Assembly (NCBI GenBank): GCA_951406725.2
Contig: OX597834.1
Coordinates: 14,880,001-14,944,000 of the forward strand
Length of the DNA stretch: 64,000 nt
Source of the DNA: Octopus vulgaris
Lineage: Eukaryota
Direction: 5' to 3'
The notes under the pieces are model-generated. The model was not told the DNA's origin and did not search any database. It was given only the letters and a program-made list of their open reading frames with translations. Position numbers and translations under genes: made by a program. Below, piece by piece: positions 1 to 13,589 of the stretch (position 1 is the stretch's first letter; each line of letters starts with the position of its first letter).

Positions 1-26
1 TATTATTATTATTATTATTATGATTA

Positions 27-117
<91 letters not shown>

Positions 118-122
118 GATTA

Positions 123-156
<34 letters not shown>

Positions 157-165
157 CATTATTGT
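1..165. repeat. (TAT)n microsatellite
   Basis: Direct reading: near-pure tandem TAT/ATT repeat. Confidence 0.97.
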
Positions 166-289
166 ATTACTATAATATATTTTAATTATATTGTCACAGT
201 TTTAATCATATTTAACGTTAAATTATATCTTTCTGTTGCGATCGTTTACATACATACGTACATACATACATACATTCTCGCACAAACTC

Positions 290-341
290 ACACATATATA
301 AATATACATATTTGAACATATGCATATATATATCTACATAC

Positions 342-415
<74 letters not shown>

Positions 416-555
416 GTGTGTGTGTGTGTGTGAGTATGTATGTGTGTGCCTGTGTATGTGTACATATGTTTATGTGTGTGCATATATATGCATATATGTA
501 TACATATTTATATTTATACATATGCATATATATATATACAGATATATATATATAC

Positions 556-605
<50 letters not shown>
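290..605. repeat. Compound (TA)n/(TG)n microsatellite, representative of dozens of similar tracts (e.g. 6345-6740, 9060-9262, 25850-26205, 53040-53195, 61600-61803)
   Basis: Direct reading; these tracts generate the poly-(YI), (HT) and (CV) ORFs in the ORF track. Confidence 0.97.
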
Positions 606-607
<2 letters not shown>

Positions 608-777
608 ATGTATTTATAAGTATTGTTTCTGCTCTGTTCTCTATTCGTATTCTTCGTTTAAGATTTATGTAACTATTCTCTTCAACGTTAGAACGTTGAG
701 AGAAAAATACCTTCTGGTATTTCTTTCAATATTTTATGTTCTGTGTTCAGATCGCACCCAAGATACGTCAACGTTTC

Positions 778-960
778 ATTTGGTGGACGACCCCAGAATG
801 CCTGAAAACAAACAATTTCCTCTTCGGCTAATCTTCATCAACTATTTTTTGTTTTCTTCTTTAAGTTCCAGCTGAAAAGAAAGTGAGGATTGATCGGTAT
901 ATGCTGTTCCCCAACCCCAGGAAATTTTTTGAAAACTGGGTGAAGATATCGAAGTTAAAT
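778..960 (+). mobile_element. Degenerate LINE ORF2 C-terminal relic (probable L1/Tx1-like)
   Basis: Frameshifted translation [16 protein letters not shown]...[14 protein letters not shown] is homologous to WTRMKGLETDTFLFGQ...IFEFHLKRKV at 28137-28230. The clade assignment is inference. Confidence 0.5.
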
Positions 961-1227
961 CGAGCGTTAGATTATTTTAAAATGGCGCCTGTCAGCAGGG
1001 GCGTGTGGAGTAGAGAGTTGCATTGGCTATAGTATACCAGGCACAAGAGTTGCTCGGGATGTGTGGAGTTCCTTGACTGCGTGACGTTTTCTCACTTTTG
1101 AAGAATTCTGCTGTGGAATTTTCCTTGTTATTTGTTATGTTTCATATTATTTTAATGAGTTTGTGTAAAGCTCCACACGCCTTTGTATTATGCTGAATAT
1201 TTTGCGGCACTTGCGGCTATTGAAGAA

Positions 1228-1545
1228 AGTATCATCATCGTCATCATTCTCATCCTCATCGACATCGGCCTCGACATCCTCATCATACCCCTTGCAATCA
1301 TACTCATCATAATTATCAACAAGAACATCATCCTCGTCCTCGTTGTTGCCGTCGTTATTATGATCAACATTATCATCACCTCCACCAACATCATAATCAT
1401 TCTCCACCACCAAAACCATCATCATCACCATCATCGTTATTATCATCGTTATTATCATCACCACCTCCACTGTCATCCTCATCATTATCATCCACCACTA
1501 CCACCTCCATCACCATCATCATCATCATCACCATCATCATCATTA
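1228..1545. repeat. Degenerate (CAT)n trinucleotide region
   Basis: Direct reading; source of poly-H/I/S/D/M ORFs. Confidence 0.9.
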
Positions 1546-1759
1546 AATATTGCAGATTGGCGAAATAGTTCGAGCGGTCACCGAAATAAATATCTTGAGA
1601 TGTATTTTGCGACATTTTAAGTTCAGAGTTCAAATCTGGCCAACACCAAATTTGGCTGTCTTAAAATGGGGGTGCGAATTTAGATCATTTGCACTTCGAA
1701 ATGTGTTTAGCTGTTTGGAGCAGGAAAGATTCTCATCACAACTTTATCGATCAGTATTC

Positions 1760-2538
1760 TTTTCTACTCGAGGCGCAAGGCCCTAAATTTGTGTGAAGGG
1801 GGGCCAACGATTAGATAGACCCCAGTACGCAATAGGTACTTGATTTATCGATCTCCGAAAGAATGAAAGGCAAAGTCGACCACGGCAGAATTTAAAGTAA
1901 GAACGTAGCGACAGCCGAAATGCCTGTTTCTTTCTTAGCCGCAAGGGCCCAAAATAGAGGGGGACAAACAAGGACAGAGAGGACACCACAGAGGGGACAA
2001 TACATAAAACGAATATGAATGAGATGATTATATAACAATGATGTTATGAATGGCTGCATGCGCCCCTCATCACGCGCGGTACCATTAATCTTTTTTACAG
2101 TCCATTTTTATCATGTATTTACATAACAATTAATTATCACGTTACATACCTTCCAAGTATTTGAACCGTTATATACATTATCTACAATTGTCCTTCTATT
2201 TTTCAATATTTTTTTTAACTTAACATAAAACACCTGGCTCTTTTTTCTCCATTTTCTTTTTTTTTTCCTTTTTCTTTTTTCTTTTCTTTTTTACCTGTCA
2301 ATTTAACATACTTATTTTTTTTTTAGTTGCACTTCATCAATGGTTCAATTTCTATTAAATCGTCTACTGGTGGCAATTCTTTGAATTCCACCCTTACTCC
2401 TGGTTGGTCAATACTATCTCCACACATTTCTTCCAATTTCTTGTAGTTTTCCTTGTCGATCACTATCACCTTCATATCCTCTGCATCGCTAAGCATTTCG
2501 CCAGGCATGCTGAGCTTTCTGCCAGCTCGCCGCCTTAT
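1760..2538 (-). mobile_element. SINE family B copy split by an insertion (body and tail 1760-1926, tRNA-like head 2488-2538)
   Basis: 1760-1926 and 2488-2538 are contiguous parts of the family B consensus (..gaacgtagcg.cag.cgaaat.c | gctaagcatttcgcc..ctgccagctcgccgcc). Confidence 0.85.
1927..2487 (-). mobile_element. 5'-truncated orphan-ORF retroposon (coding remnant 2323-2487, A-rich 3' UTR, SINE-B-like tail)
   Basis: Peptide KVIVIDKENYKKLEEMCGDSIDQPGVRVEFKELPP is 20/35 identical, ungapped, to the ORF at 31170-31463. The 3' end reads tgtccttgtttgtccccctctattttgggcccttgcggctaagaaagaaa. Confidence 0.7.
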
Positions 2539-2949
2539 TTTATCGTTCGGTATCGACTTACGACTCAACAATCTCAGCGACTCAGAATGCTATATAATAG
2601 CATGTAATTCACTCAACACTTTATATAGTAGTAGGAGCTTTTACCCAGAACTGTAATTTCATAATTATATTCTCCAGATTGCGATACAATTATAAAAATC
2701 TATTAAATTCTATTAGCGATGTTGTAAAGCAAAAATTTATCTAATTAAACAGCGTAAATACCATTAACTGTAGTTAACCGTAGTTGATAAATGACAAAGT
2801 TTGTTAAATCTATTATCTGAATAAAATTTGAAAACTTGGTAACGTGATGTCAAAAAGTAAATAGCTCCCTTTTAAAATTACATACCCCCTTTTAAAACAA
2901 GCAGTATTATGACAATTGAATTAGATATTTTGCTACTTTTTTTGTTTAT

Positions 2950-3285
2950 TCCTTTACTATTTTCAGTCATTTGAATGCGGCCATGCTGGAGCATCATCTT
3001 TAGTCGAACAAATCAACCCCAGGACATATTCTTTGGAAGCCATGTACTTATTTCATCTTTTTTTTTTTTTGCTGAAACGCTAAACTACGTGGACGTATAC
3101 ATACCAGCATCTGTTGTCAAGCGATAGTGAGGAATGGGGACAAACACAGCCAGACACACACACACACATATATATATACGACCGGCTTTTTCCAATTTCT
3201 GACGAAGGTGCCACGCAATTCACTGAACCCGGAACCATGTGGTTGGTAAGTAAGCTGCTTACCACACAGCCACGGCTACGCCTAT
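2950..3285 (-). mobile_element. SINE family A, degraded and internally deleted
   Basis: Matches the family A head (gtggctgtgtggtaag..ggttccgggttcagt) and tail (ccagcatggccgca..aatgactgaaa). Confidence 0.85.
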
Positions 3286-3479
3286 AGATATAAGAATTTG
3301 ATATTTCTTTCGTTTAACCATTTTTATTCAGCTACTTTCATTCCCATCTGTTTTATTTTTTTATTTCACTTCGTCATCCTCTATGATAAAGTTCACATAT
3401 TATAATATAAATTCTATTGTATATTTCTTCTAAATTATGTTGGTATTATTATTATTATCATTAAGGCTCAGAGTTTCAA

Positions 3480-4058
3480 TGCCGCCAACGTCGACTTTGC
3501 CGTTTACCCTTCGAGTTCGATAAATTAAGTATCAATGAAACACTGGGGCTGATACAATCGACTTAAGCCCTTCCTTTAAAATTCCAGGCCTTGTGCATAG
3601 AGTAGAGATTATTATTATTATTTTCCTTAAGGCGGCGAGCTTGCAGAATCGTTAGCACGCAGGGCGAAATGCTTTGCGGTATTTCGTCTGCCGTTACGTT
3701 GTGAGTTCAAATTCCGCTGAGGTCGACTTTGCTTTTCATCATTTCGAGGTCGACAAATTAAGTACCAGTTACGCACTAGGGTCGTTGTAATCGACGTAAT
3801 CCGTTTGTATTTGCTTGTTTGTCCCCTCTATGTTAAGCCCTTTGTGGGCAATAAAGAAATAATAATCGTTAGCATGCTGATCGAATGCTTAGCGGTATTA
3901 CACCCGTCGATACGTTCTGATTTCAAATTCCGCCGAGGTAGACTTTGCCTTTCATCCTTTCAGGAGTTGATAAAATAAGTACCAGTTGAACTCTGGGGTC
4001 GATGTAATAGACTCATCCCCTTCCCCAAAATTGCGTCCCTAGTGACAAAATTTGTAAC

Positions 4059-4062
<4 letters not shown>
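3480..4062 (+). mobile_element. Cluster of three SINE family B copies (3480-3610 partial, 3628-3862, 3865-4062)
   Basis: Repeated gaggtcgactttgcctttcatcctttcggggtcgataaa..agtaccag central domain with ggcggcgagct.gcagaa head. Confidence 0.88.
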
Positions 4063-4109
<47 letters not shown>

Positions 4110-4161
4110 CAATAATAAAATAATTAATTATTATTATTATCAATATTATTATTGTTGTTGT

Positions 4162-4193
<32 letters not shown>

Positions 4194-4791
4194 TTTTCAT
4201 TGCTGTTATTCTTGTTGCTGTCGTACGGTTGTTGTCATTCCATTGTCTTTTATGGATCTATCATCATCATCATCATCATCGTCATCATCATCATTTTTAT
4301 TTATTATCAGTACTTGTAGCAGTAGTTGTAGTTGTAGTAGTAGGTCAACGCGGGAATGCATTACATCACAGTTTTATTGGATGCCTTCCATCAGAGTTTT
4401 ATCGGATGATCTAGGATTAAACGACCACAGCATTTTGGAGTGCCATATACAAGCAGATCCTCTTTTTTATCCACCGTTATGATTCCATAAATATGCTCAC
4501 CAGTACGGTACAAACGTAGTAATTCTCGAAATGCAATTACTAATAAATTTTAAATTAACTCTCTCATTAAACACTTTTATCTAAATAAACAGGTCACATG
4601 CACATCAACTTTAGTGGTACTCACGAGTTCTGCATATTATTTAAGATAATTATCCAAATCCATAAACTCTTGGGTATCAGTTTTACTGATAGAGAAATCT
4701 AAGAAGTTGGTTAAATATTTTATCTTTATAAAATTTAAATACACTTAGTAACATTGTGCGGAAAATTAAATAGCGATCTTTAATGAAAATA

Positions 4792-5128
4792 TAGGCGTAG
4801 GAATGGCTGTGTGGTAAGTACCTTGCTTACCGACCAGATGGTTCAGGGTTTAGTCCCACTACGTGGCACCTTGGCCAAGTGTCTTCTACTATAGCCTCGG
4901 ACCGACCAAAGCCTTGTTAGTGGATTTGGTAGACGGAAACTGAAAAGAAGCCCCTCGTAAATATATATATTTATGTGTGTGTATGTGTTTGTGTGTCTGT
5001 GTTAGTCCTCCCAACAACGCTTAACAACCGATGCTGGTGTGTTTATGCCCCCGTAACTTAGCGGTTCGGCAAAATAAACCGATAGAATAAATACTAGCCT
5101 TACAAAGAATAAGTCCTGAGGTCGATAG
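4792..5128 (+). mobile_element. SINE family A (tRNA-derived, CORE-like central domain)
   Basis: A box tggctgtgtgg, B-box-like gggtttagtccc, CORE-like gtggcaccttggccaagtgtctt and internal (TA)/(TG) tract. Confidence 0.9.
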
Positions 5129-5344
5129 ATATGTCATTTTTAATTAATTTTAATTACCTTTTCCTAATGATATCTGAATAGATACAGCAATTTTAGCAAA
5201 ACATATTAAGCAAAACTAATAATAAATCAAAAAACATAAAAATAAACAAGCTTTTGACGGTTTTATAGTTATTTCTAAATTATGATGCTATGATGCTAGG
5301 TGTTTCCATTATTTCGTCCAACCACTGTATATACATATATATGC

Positions 5345-5550
5345 CATGATAGATCGTTAGCTCCTACACGCATTTTTATCTCCTTGTTTCCTTGTTTTTT
5401 TCTGTGTATCTTTTTGTCAAAGAGCATAGGCTCGAAACGTAAAAGACTTTTTCTATTTCTATTCCCGAGCGCTATACTAATACATTTGTTTGTTTGTACT
5501 CCACCTGCCTTCGTATTTTGTTTATTTTCGTAAACCTTCCCGTTATATAT
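5345..5550 (+). mobile_element. Short (TA)n-terminated repeat with HHR-like motif (5409-5446); related copies at about 21240-21435 and 34428-34475
   Basis: tcttt-ttgtcaaa-gagc(atag)gctc-gaaa-cgt-a-aaaga: stems I and II, GAAA and palindromic ACGT are present, but the core is non-canonical. Confidence 0.5.
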
Positions 5551-6109
5551 ATACATACATATATATGTTTGTATTACATACGTATGTACGTATGCTTGTG
5601 CATATGTTAGGAATATTCCAAGAAGTCAGCATCTAAACGTTTGCACAAATGGGAAACTTAAAATGTTCTTAAAATCTTTTTCAAGTCTGATACTTAGACT
5701 ATCGGTAAATAAAATAACTGGCTGTCAGAACATCGTAGGAAAAGGAAACAAAAACACATGTGTGCGTCTAAGTATGTCATATATATGTATATATGTATGT
5801 ATGTGTGTGTATGTAAATGTTGGTATGTATGTCTGTGTATGTATGTAGATATGTGTGTGTGTGTGTAAGTGGGTCTGTGGGTGTATATGTATGTATACTA
5901 AATCTTTAGACATGGAAATCTCACAAGTGCATGGAAAGCGATCATAATAAACGTAGTCGCTCAATGCTTCTGAGGAAATAACCATCAGCACACATCGGTA
6001 AATAAAGTTACTCCAAGTTTTGCACGGTGAGAGGAAATAGGAAGAGGAAAGGAAGAGAAGGATGAGTGTGGTGGAGTGGTAGGAGAAGGCGAAGAAGGAA
6101 GAGGAGACG

Positions 6110-6176
6110 GAGGAAGAAGAAGAAGAAGAAGAAGAAGAAGAAGAAGAAGAAGAAGAAGAAGAAGAAGAAGAAGAAG
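6110..6176. repeat. (GAA)n microsatellite
   Basis: Direct reading. Confidence 0.97.
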
Positions 6177-6344
6177 GGGTTGCAGCAGCAGCAGCAGCAG
6201 TGGGTGAATAAACAGGGATTTTAAAAAATAATTCGCGTCTGAAAAGTCACTCGGAATATCGTTCATACATCTAAAACACCGTTACTTAGAATACCCATCA
6301 TCTGATTGTTTTACTAAATGTAAATAAACCATGCACATACATTC

Positions 6345-6473
<129 letters not shown>

Positions 6474-6539
6474 CATACAAATGTATACGTATGTATGTAT
6501 GTATATGCGTATATATATATATATATATGGGCATATATG

Positions 6540-6577
<38 letters not shown>

Positions 6578-6599
6578 ATATATATATGAATATATATGA

Positions 6600-6630
<31 letters not shown>

Positions 6631-6679
6631 TTTACATACAAATGTATATGTATGTATGTATGTATGTATGTATATATGC

Positions 6680-6734
<55 letters not shown>

Positions 6735-7247
6735 TGTATGTAGTATTTTTCCGTAACTTCTAAACTTCCAAGTTAAAACTGCATTTAACAGAAAAGAATC
6801 TTTTTTACTTCTTGTGTATATCTTGTATTCGCTTCGAAAAAAATAGAACTTTGATCAATAGAATGTCTTGCCTTTTGCTCATACGGCTTCTGCATTTCTT
6901 AAATTTTATTCTTCTCCTCCATCTTCTTCCCTTTTCTTTCTCTTATTGATGGTAGACTTTGTAATTCTTGAGAAGTAATTTCTCAATTATTTCATGGCAT
7001 ATTCATCTATGCTACTTATTTCAAAACGGATGGTTCATGTTACCGAAATTGTCAAAGACTTGTTTGTTGCCCGTAAGGGATAAAGCGAATTTCGAAGATC
7101 GTACACAAAGCAATCATACATACACGTATTTATATAATGAAAAATGTATATTTAGATATAGATATGCTTGATTAGACACACACAAGTACACACACACACA
7201 TATATACATACATAAATGCATACATACATATATGTAAACATATATAA

Positions 7248-7294
<47 letters not shown>

Positions 7295-7318
7295 AATAGA
7301 AATGCATATAGATATGTA

Positions 7319-7352
<34 letters not shown>

Positions 7353-7427
7353 GAAACGTATATAGATATGTATATATGTCTTTATATATATATATAAATA
7401 GAAATGTATATAGATATGTACTTATGT

Positions 7428-7465
<38 letters not shown>

Positions 7466-7506
7466 TTATATAGATATGTATATATGTGTTTATGTATATA
7501 TATATG

Positions 7507-7561
<55 letters not shown>

Positions 7562-7869
7562 GTATATATATATATATGTGTGTGTGCGTGTGTGTGTGAA
7601 TATGTGTGTCTCTGTGTGAGTGTATGTGTGTGTATGTGCGTGTTTGTGTGTGTGAATCTGGCGTAAAATTAAATGATGAATTCAATTAACATATATAAAA
7701 TGGCGTTATTCAGTTTGTATCCACGTCATTCAATATGGCGTTGAAGGGAAATGATATCCTGATTCTTTCATCTAATGTTTCTGAAGTGTTGTGTTATCTT
7801 AGAATGTAGACTATGTACCGATGTAACACCGAATTTTATACCTTCCTTTTTTGCATTTATCTATAGCTA

Positions 7870-7952
7870 CTATATCATCATCATCATCATCATCGTCATC
7901 ATTATCATTGTTATTATTATTATTATTATCATTATTATTTTTGTTATTATTA

Positions 7953-8023
<71 letters not shown>

Positions 8024-8157
8024 GTTATTATTATTGTTATTATTATTATTATTATACTTATTAAAATATCAGTGTCATCATAATTATTACTATTACTATT
8101 ATTATTATCACCATCATCATAATCATTATCACCACATTATTACTATTATTATTGAAA

Positions 8158-8247
<90 letters not shown>

Positions 8248-8250
8248 TAG
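7870..8250. repeat. Compound (CAT)n/(TAT)n/(TAG)n microsatellite
   Basis: Direct reading. Confidence 0.95.
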
Positions 8251-9063
8251 TGGTTGAATTTTCATTATTATCTAGCTATTTATTTTAGTCTAGTTTTTCC
8301 ATTTATTTTAGTCGCTGTATCTCGTGCAAGCTTATCTTACAGTTACCAGACTTTGAAGGTCTTGAAAAAAAAGAAATAACAACAACAACAACAAGAGCAA
8401 CAGCACCATTATCGACAACAGCAACAACAAAAACAACCCAACTGAAATTGATAACAACAAAAACTAGAGAAAGGAGCGACACAAAATTAAAAACAACAAA
8501 AAGGAGAAGTCTGTATTAACATCACAAAATCACAGCTAACATCCTTCACTGTTAATTGACATTTATCAAAGACAATTTTCTCTGTTTCTTTTTTTTTTTT
8601 TTTACTTTCTTTATTTCATCCCTGTTTTCTTTTGTTTTGTTTTCTTTTTCTTTTTTGTGGTTTCGCTTTCTCTTATTTTCTCTCTATTCCATCTTTGAAA
8701 TACACCGTGAAGTCTCTTAGATTTGCATCACTTTTAAGAAATAATGACCTTGTTCGCCGAACCATTTCCAAATAAAGAATGGTGATTAGTGTTTTGTTTC
8801 AGTTACATATTTATCTTTATATTCTATTTTCATTTATTTTTAATGCATTTCTTTTTGTCTGTGTGTGTGTCCTATGTATTATGTTTTGTATAGTTTTTCT
8901 TTCCATTCGTTTTCCTTTTTCTTTCGTCGTTTCTCTCGTTTAATTTCTTTTGTTCTATAATCAAAGGATAATTTCAAACTGAACAGCTTACACAGTCAAA
9001 AGAAACACTACGAATAAAGAGAGAAATAAATAAACACATATATATACACACATATATCTATAT

Positions 9064-9130
<67 letters not shown>

Positions 9131-9155
9131 CGTATATATATATATATGTATGTAC

Positions 9156-9260
<105 letters not shown>

Positions 9261-9601
9261 TATTTATCACTATTAAGACCAAAGTAGTGCCTTTAAAAAA
9301 AGTAAATAAAACCAGTTCTTCCATTTCTTTAGAATTACTTCCTCTATTCTCAGCATACTATAAAACGTTACGTTTTAGTAACTCTTTTGATATTAATCGG
9401 AAAATAGTTGTACATTCTTGTGCTTCTGTTTTGTTTTTTTGTGTTATTTATTTCATTTTTTTTTTCACTTTTTTTTATTGCGAGAGTTGGGGTGGGGGTA
9501 AACATCTAAGTCTCTAACTACTGTCTATTTCAGAGAATAATGCATAAGATTTGTTCACATCCCAATTCTTATTTCCCGCTTTTTGCTTCTCTCTCCCTCG
9601 C

Positions 9602-9658
<57 letters not shown>

Positions 9659-9725
9659 CTCACACACAGTAGCTCTCTACTTTCATTTCATACTCATTCA
9701 TATATATACATGTGTGTGTGCGCAC

Positions 9726-9759
<34 letters not shown>

Positions 9760-10118
9760 AATGAAATAAAACATATGCATATATATAAACATATATGTAC
9801 GTACCTACCTCTACATGTACATATACACGCATATATGAGTACAGGACACCAATATATATATAATATATATAAGTATATGTATGCATATATACATATTTGT
9901 ATATATTTATATTATGTGCATATGTATATATATGCGTATGTATGTGCATTTGTGTTTAAATATTTCAAATATATATATATATATATATATCATATATATT
10001 GAAATAAATACATATATATATACATACATACATATAAATACATATATACATATACGCATATATATATATATGGATATATATATGTATATAAATATATATA
10101 TGTATATATATATAAATA

Positions 10119-10168
<50 letters not shown>

Positions 10169-10687
10169 TATATATACATATATATACGTATGTAAAAGAA
10201 GAGAAAGATATAAATATTTATACACACGTGTCTCTATGGCAATATAATTATATAATTCTGTATATGTGTATACGTATATATATATATATATATATACATA
10301 TGTAACGGTGTAGACACACCCATACATATACATACACTTACTATAGAAACATGAAAGAGTATATGTGTTATGTTTTCAGCCTCTTTTGAAATATCTTATT
10401 TTCGCTGGTGTTTTTCTAAAACATACGCCACAGCCAGCACCACCACCAACACCCTGCTCACCCACCCACCCAGCCTTTCCCCCGCTGACACCCGAAACAT
10501 CACAAGTTACCATAAGATATGCCTCATCAATGCATTTAAGTAATATCGATACCGAAAATTACAATTTTTTTTTTTTTTACAATAACGCTCTTATCGCCAA
10601 ATTGCCAACGTGTCGTTCAGTGCTTTTCTTCCACAGTTTTCTTATATACACGTCTGTTAGTGTTGTTATCGTTGTCGTTGTTGTTGC

Positions 10688-10721
<34 letters not shown>

Positions 10722-10963
10722 GATAATGCCTTTGTCATTATTGTGACTGAGTCCTAGGTCTAACGTTATCATACAAACGCTTGATGAAAGGCGTTTAAAT
10801 TCTCCAAGAAGAAATGTGTTAAAATTCATGCATTATCGTTTTTTGAAATGTGTTTGTGTATATGCGTTTAAGCTAATGTAAAAATTGGGGGTATCCACAT
10901 GGCTTTTTCACGAGTGCATGCGCAGACGTTTTTTGGGTAAATGCTCATATATGCACTTATATT

Positions 10964-11049
<86 letters not shown>

Positions 11050-11054
<5 letters not shown>

Positions 11055-11230
11055 TTTACTGTTTTACTTGTTTCAGTCAATTGACTGCGGCCATACTAGA
11101 GCACCGCCTTTAATCGAGCAACTCGACCCCGGGACTTATTCTATTGTAAGCCCAGTACTTATTCTATCGGTCTGTTTTGCCGAACCGCTAAGTAACGGGG
11201 ACAAACACAGACTCACAAACATACACACAC

Positions 11231-11281
<51 letters not shown>

Positions 11282-11384
11282 TACGACGGGCTTCTTTCAG
11301 TTTCCGTCTCCCAAATCCACTCACAAGGCATTGGTCGGCCCGGGGCTATAGCAGAAGATACTTGCCCAAGGAACCACTCCTGCG

Positions 11385-11388
<4 letters not shown>
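11050..11388 (-). mobile_element. SINE family A with internal deletions
   Basis: Family A tail (cttttacttgtttcagtca.ttgactgcggcca) and body match. Confidence 0.9.
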
Positions 11389-11416
<28 letters not shown>

Positions 11417-11417
<1 letters not shown>

Positions 11418-11564
11418 TTTATTTTAAGCAGCAGAAAATTCAACAAAATCTGTTACTCTGAGTTTCTCGTTGCCGTTCATCAGACAGCAAAAACTGTCTG
11501 ATGAACGGCAACGAGAAACTCAGAGTAACAGATTTTGTTGAATTTTCTGCTGCTTAAAATAAAG
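11417..11564. repeat. Perfect 71-bp inverted repeat (11417-11487 / 11494-11564), 6-nt spacer
   Basis: Arms read as exact reverse complements; each arm contains an HHR motif. Confidence 0.97.
11494..11531 (+). ncRNA. Minimal type I hammerhead ribozyme motif (mirror copy on - strand, 11450-11487)
   Basis: ctgt-CTGATGA-acg(gcaa)cga-GAAA-ctc a gag-TA/acag: stem I ctgt:acag, GNRA-capped stem II, near-palindromic stem III and GUA triplet. Confidence 0.75.
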
Positions 11565-11641
11565 CATATTACTCTACCACTGGTATTTGAGTACTCTTTT
11601 TTCCACCTTGTTTCACATTTATGTGTTTACTCCGGTATATA

Positions 11642-11696
<55 letters not shown>

Positions 11697-11720
11697 CAAA
11701 TTAATAAATATATATATATA

Positions 11721-12075
11721 TAACAAAATAATAAATAAAACATATATATACATATACATACATATATGTACGTACCTACATCTACATGTATATATACATG
11801 CATATATGGGTACAGGACACCAAAGAAACGTCGAACACAATGAGAAACGAAAACATAAACACAAAACCAAGGAAGTGGACATTTTTCTTAAACAACGAAA
11901 ACATAGAGTAGAAGACATACAACACAGGGAAAATTCCCCATATATGCATGTATATATACATGTAGATGTAGGTACGTACATATATGTATGTATATATGCA
12001 TATGTTTTATTTATTAATTTGTTATTATATGACGGAACGCACGCGTCCATTTCCAAGTAAGTTTTATCTTAGTAT
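11721..12075. mobile_element. AT-rich interspersed repeat family, two inverted partial copies (arms about 11721-11810 / 11937-12025); other copies at about 9755-9855, 14455-14742 and 43950-44197
   Basis: Shared catatatgtacgtacctacatctacatgta..gtacaggacacc..aacgtcgaacacaatgagaaacgaaaacataaa sequence. Confidence 0.8.
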
Positions 12076-12078
12076 ATA

Positions 12079-12132
<54 letters not shown>

Positions 12133-12249
12133 TATGTCCTCATCATAAACATGACGCGCAGACACAACCACATAGCATAATGAAAATCTGTTTTTTGTAA
12201 TCACCGGTTGACTTATGTTGTTCTTGTTGACTGAAATTCCAAAGAATCT

Positions 12250-12510
12250 TTTCTACTCTAGGCACAATATTCGAAATTTTGGGGGGGAGTTGGCCAGTCG
12301 ATTAGATCGACGCCCGTACGCAACTGGTTTAGTGTAAAGCACATCTTTACCTAAGGATTGCCATCAAAATATATCCATTTAATTTATCGACCCCGAAAGA
12401 GTGAAATGCAAAGTCGACCTCGGGGGAATTTGAAATCAGAACATAAAGGTAGACGAAATACTGCTAAGAATTTTGTCAGGTGGGCTAATGATTCTGCCAG
12501 TTCGCCTCCT
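12250..12510 (-). mobile_element. SINE family B (old) carrying an inverted insertion of about 50 bp
   Basis: Family B domains flank 12328-12377, which is the reverse complement of 12533-12583. Confidence 0.85.
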
Positions 12511-12669
12511 TTTAAATTCCAAAGATTATCCTATGGGTATATTTTGATGGCAATCCTCAGGTAAAGATGTGCTTTACACTAAAAGTAGCTAATAAAAACT
12601 GTCGATTATATATACATATATTTATCAGTGTTATTTTTTCCCCAAACAAATTGTACTTCACATTCAATG

Positions 12670-12745
12670 CTCCGGCGAAGCTATAACGTGTTTCCCATGC
12701 GCTCGACTACTTTCCACTGCCTATTATAGCAGAAACAGCCGTAAC
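12670..12745 (+). ncRNA. Degenerate hammerhead motif (related copy 13445-13520)
   Basis: ccggcga / ccgatga core, agctata...tatagc stem II, GAAA, acagccgt / acaactgt (implied palindrome ACAGCTGT) and GUA. Stem I is decayed. Confidence 0.55.
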
Positions 12746-13018
12746 CGAGTGATGTTTATAAGATAGTCGTTTATACACTTGTGATCTCCTATTCTTATGA
12801 ATGTACGAGCCGGTTTCTGACCTAGATTCAAGGATTCATCATTTGAATTTCAATAGCATCAACAGCAACAGGGTAGTTTTGTTTGTATATATATGTATGT
12901 AGGTATTATATATGTATATGTGTATGTATGTGTGTGTGTATGCATGCACGCATGTATACATGCTTGTATGTATACATACAGACTGTTTTTTTGTATGTGT
13001 ATATTCTCGTGCATATAG

Positions 13019-13172
13019 TACCACTTCTTCCAGAATTTGGATAACTTTGATAGGAAGGAATTTAATTCCGACAATACTGTAAAACCGGCTTTCCGAGATT
13101 TTATTGATTCTAGATAACCAGGCTTTTATAGCAAACTTTTTTTCTTTTCAACAAATTCCATACTTGACTAAT
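13019..13172 (+). mobile_element. Internally deleted mariner fragment (copy of 18308-18565)
   Basis: Near-identical to the 3' part and terminus of the mariner relic at 18183-18565. Confidence 0.85.
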
Positions 13173-13589
13173 AGAATCGTTTGCATGTCTTTGGGACTTG
13201 TAATTCCGTCGACTCTGCCATTCATCCATTCGATGTTGGCAAAAATAATTCGATGTAATCGACTAAACAGCTATCTCTACAAAATGTGCTAGCCTTGGGA
13301 TAAAACCTAAAAAGCATTACACATATTTATAGTTGTTTGCAGGAATAAGTTTCAGTAATAACTGTCTCACTGGTAAATACCTTCTCTGAATACTGAAAAA
13401 TTACAACTCATATTTCTCAAATAACTTGCACTTCATATTTGAGGCTCCGATGAAGCTACAGGATATTATTCACGCACTCATCTAAGAGTCTGCTTCATTT
13501 TATAGCGGAAACAACTGTAATTCAATGAAGTCCATAACATAACAATTCTTTGTCTTGTGTCATATTGTTCTCATAGATATAAATATATG

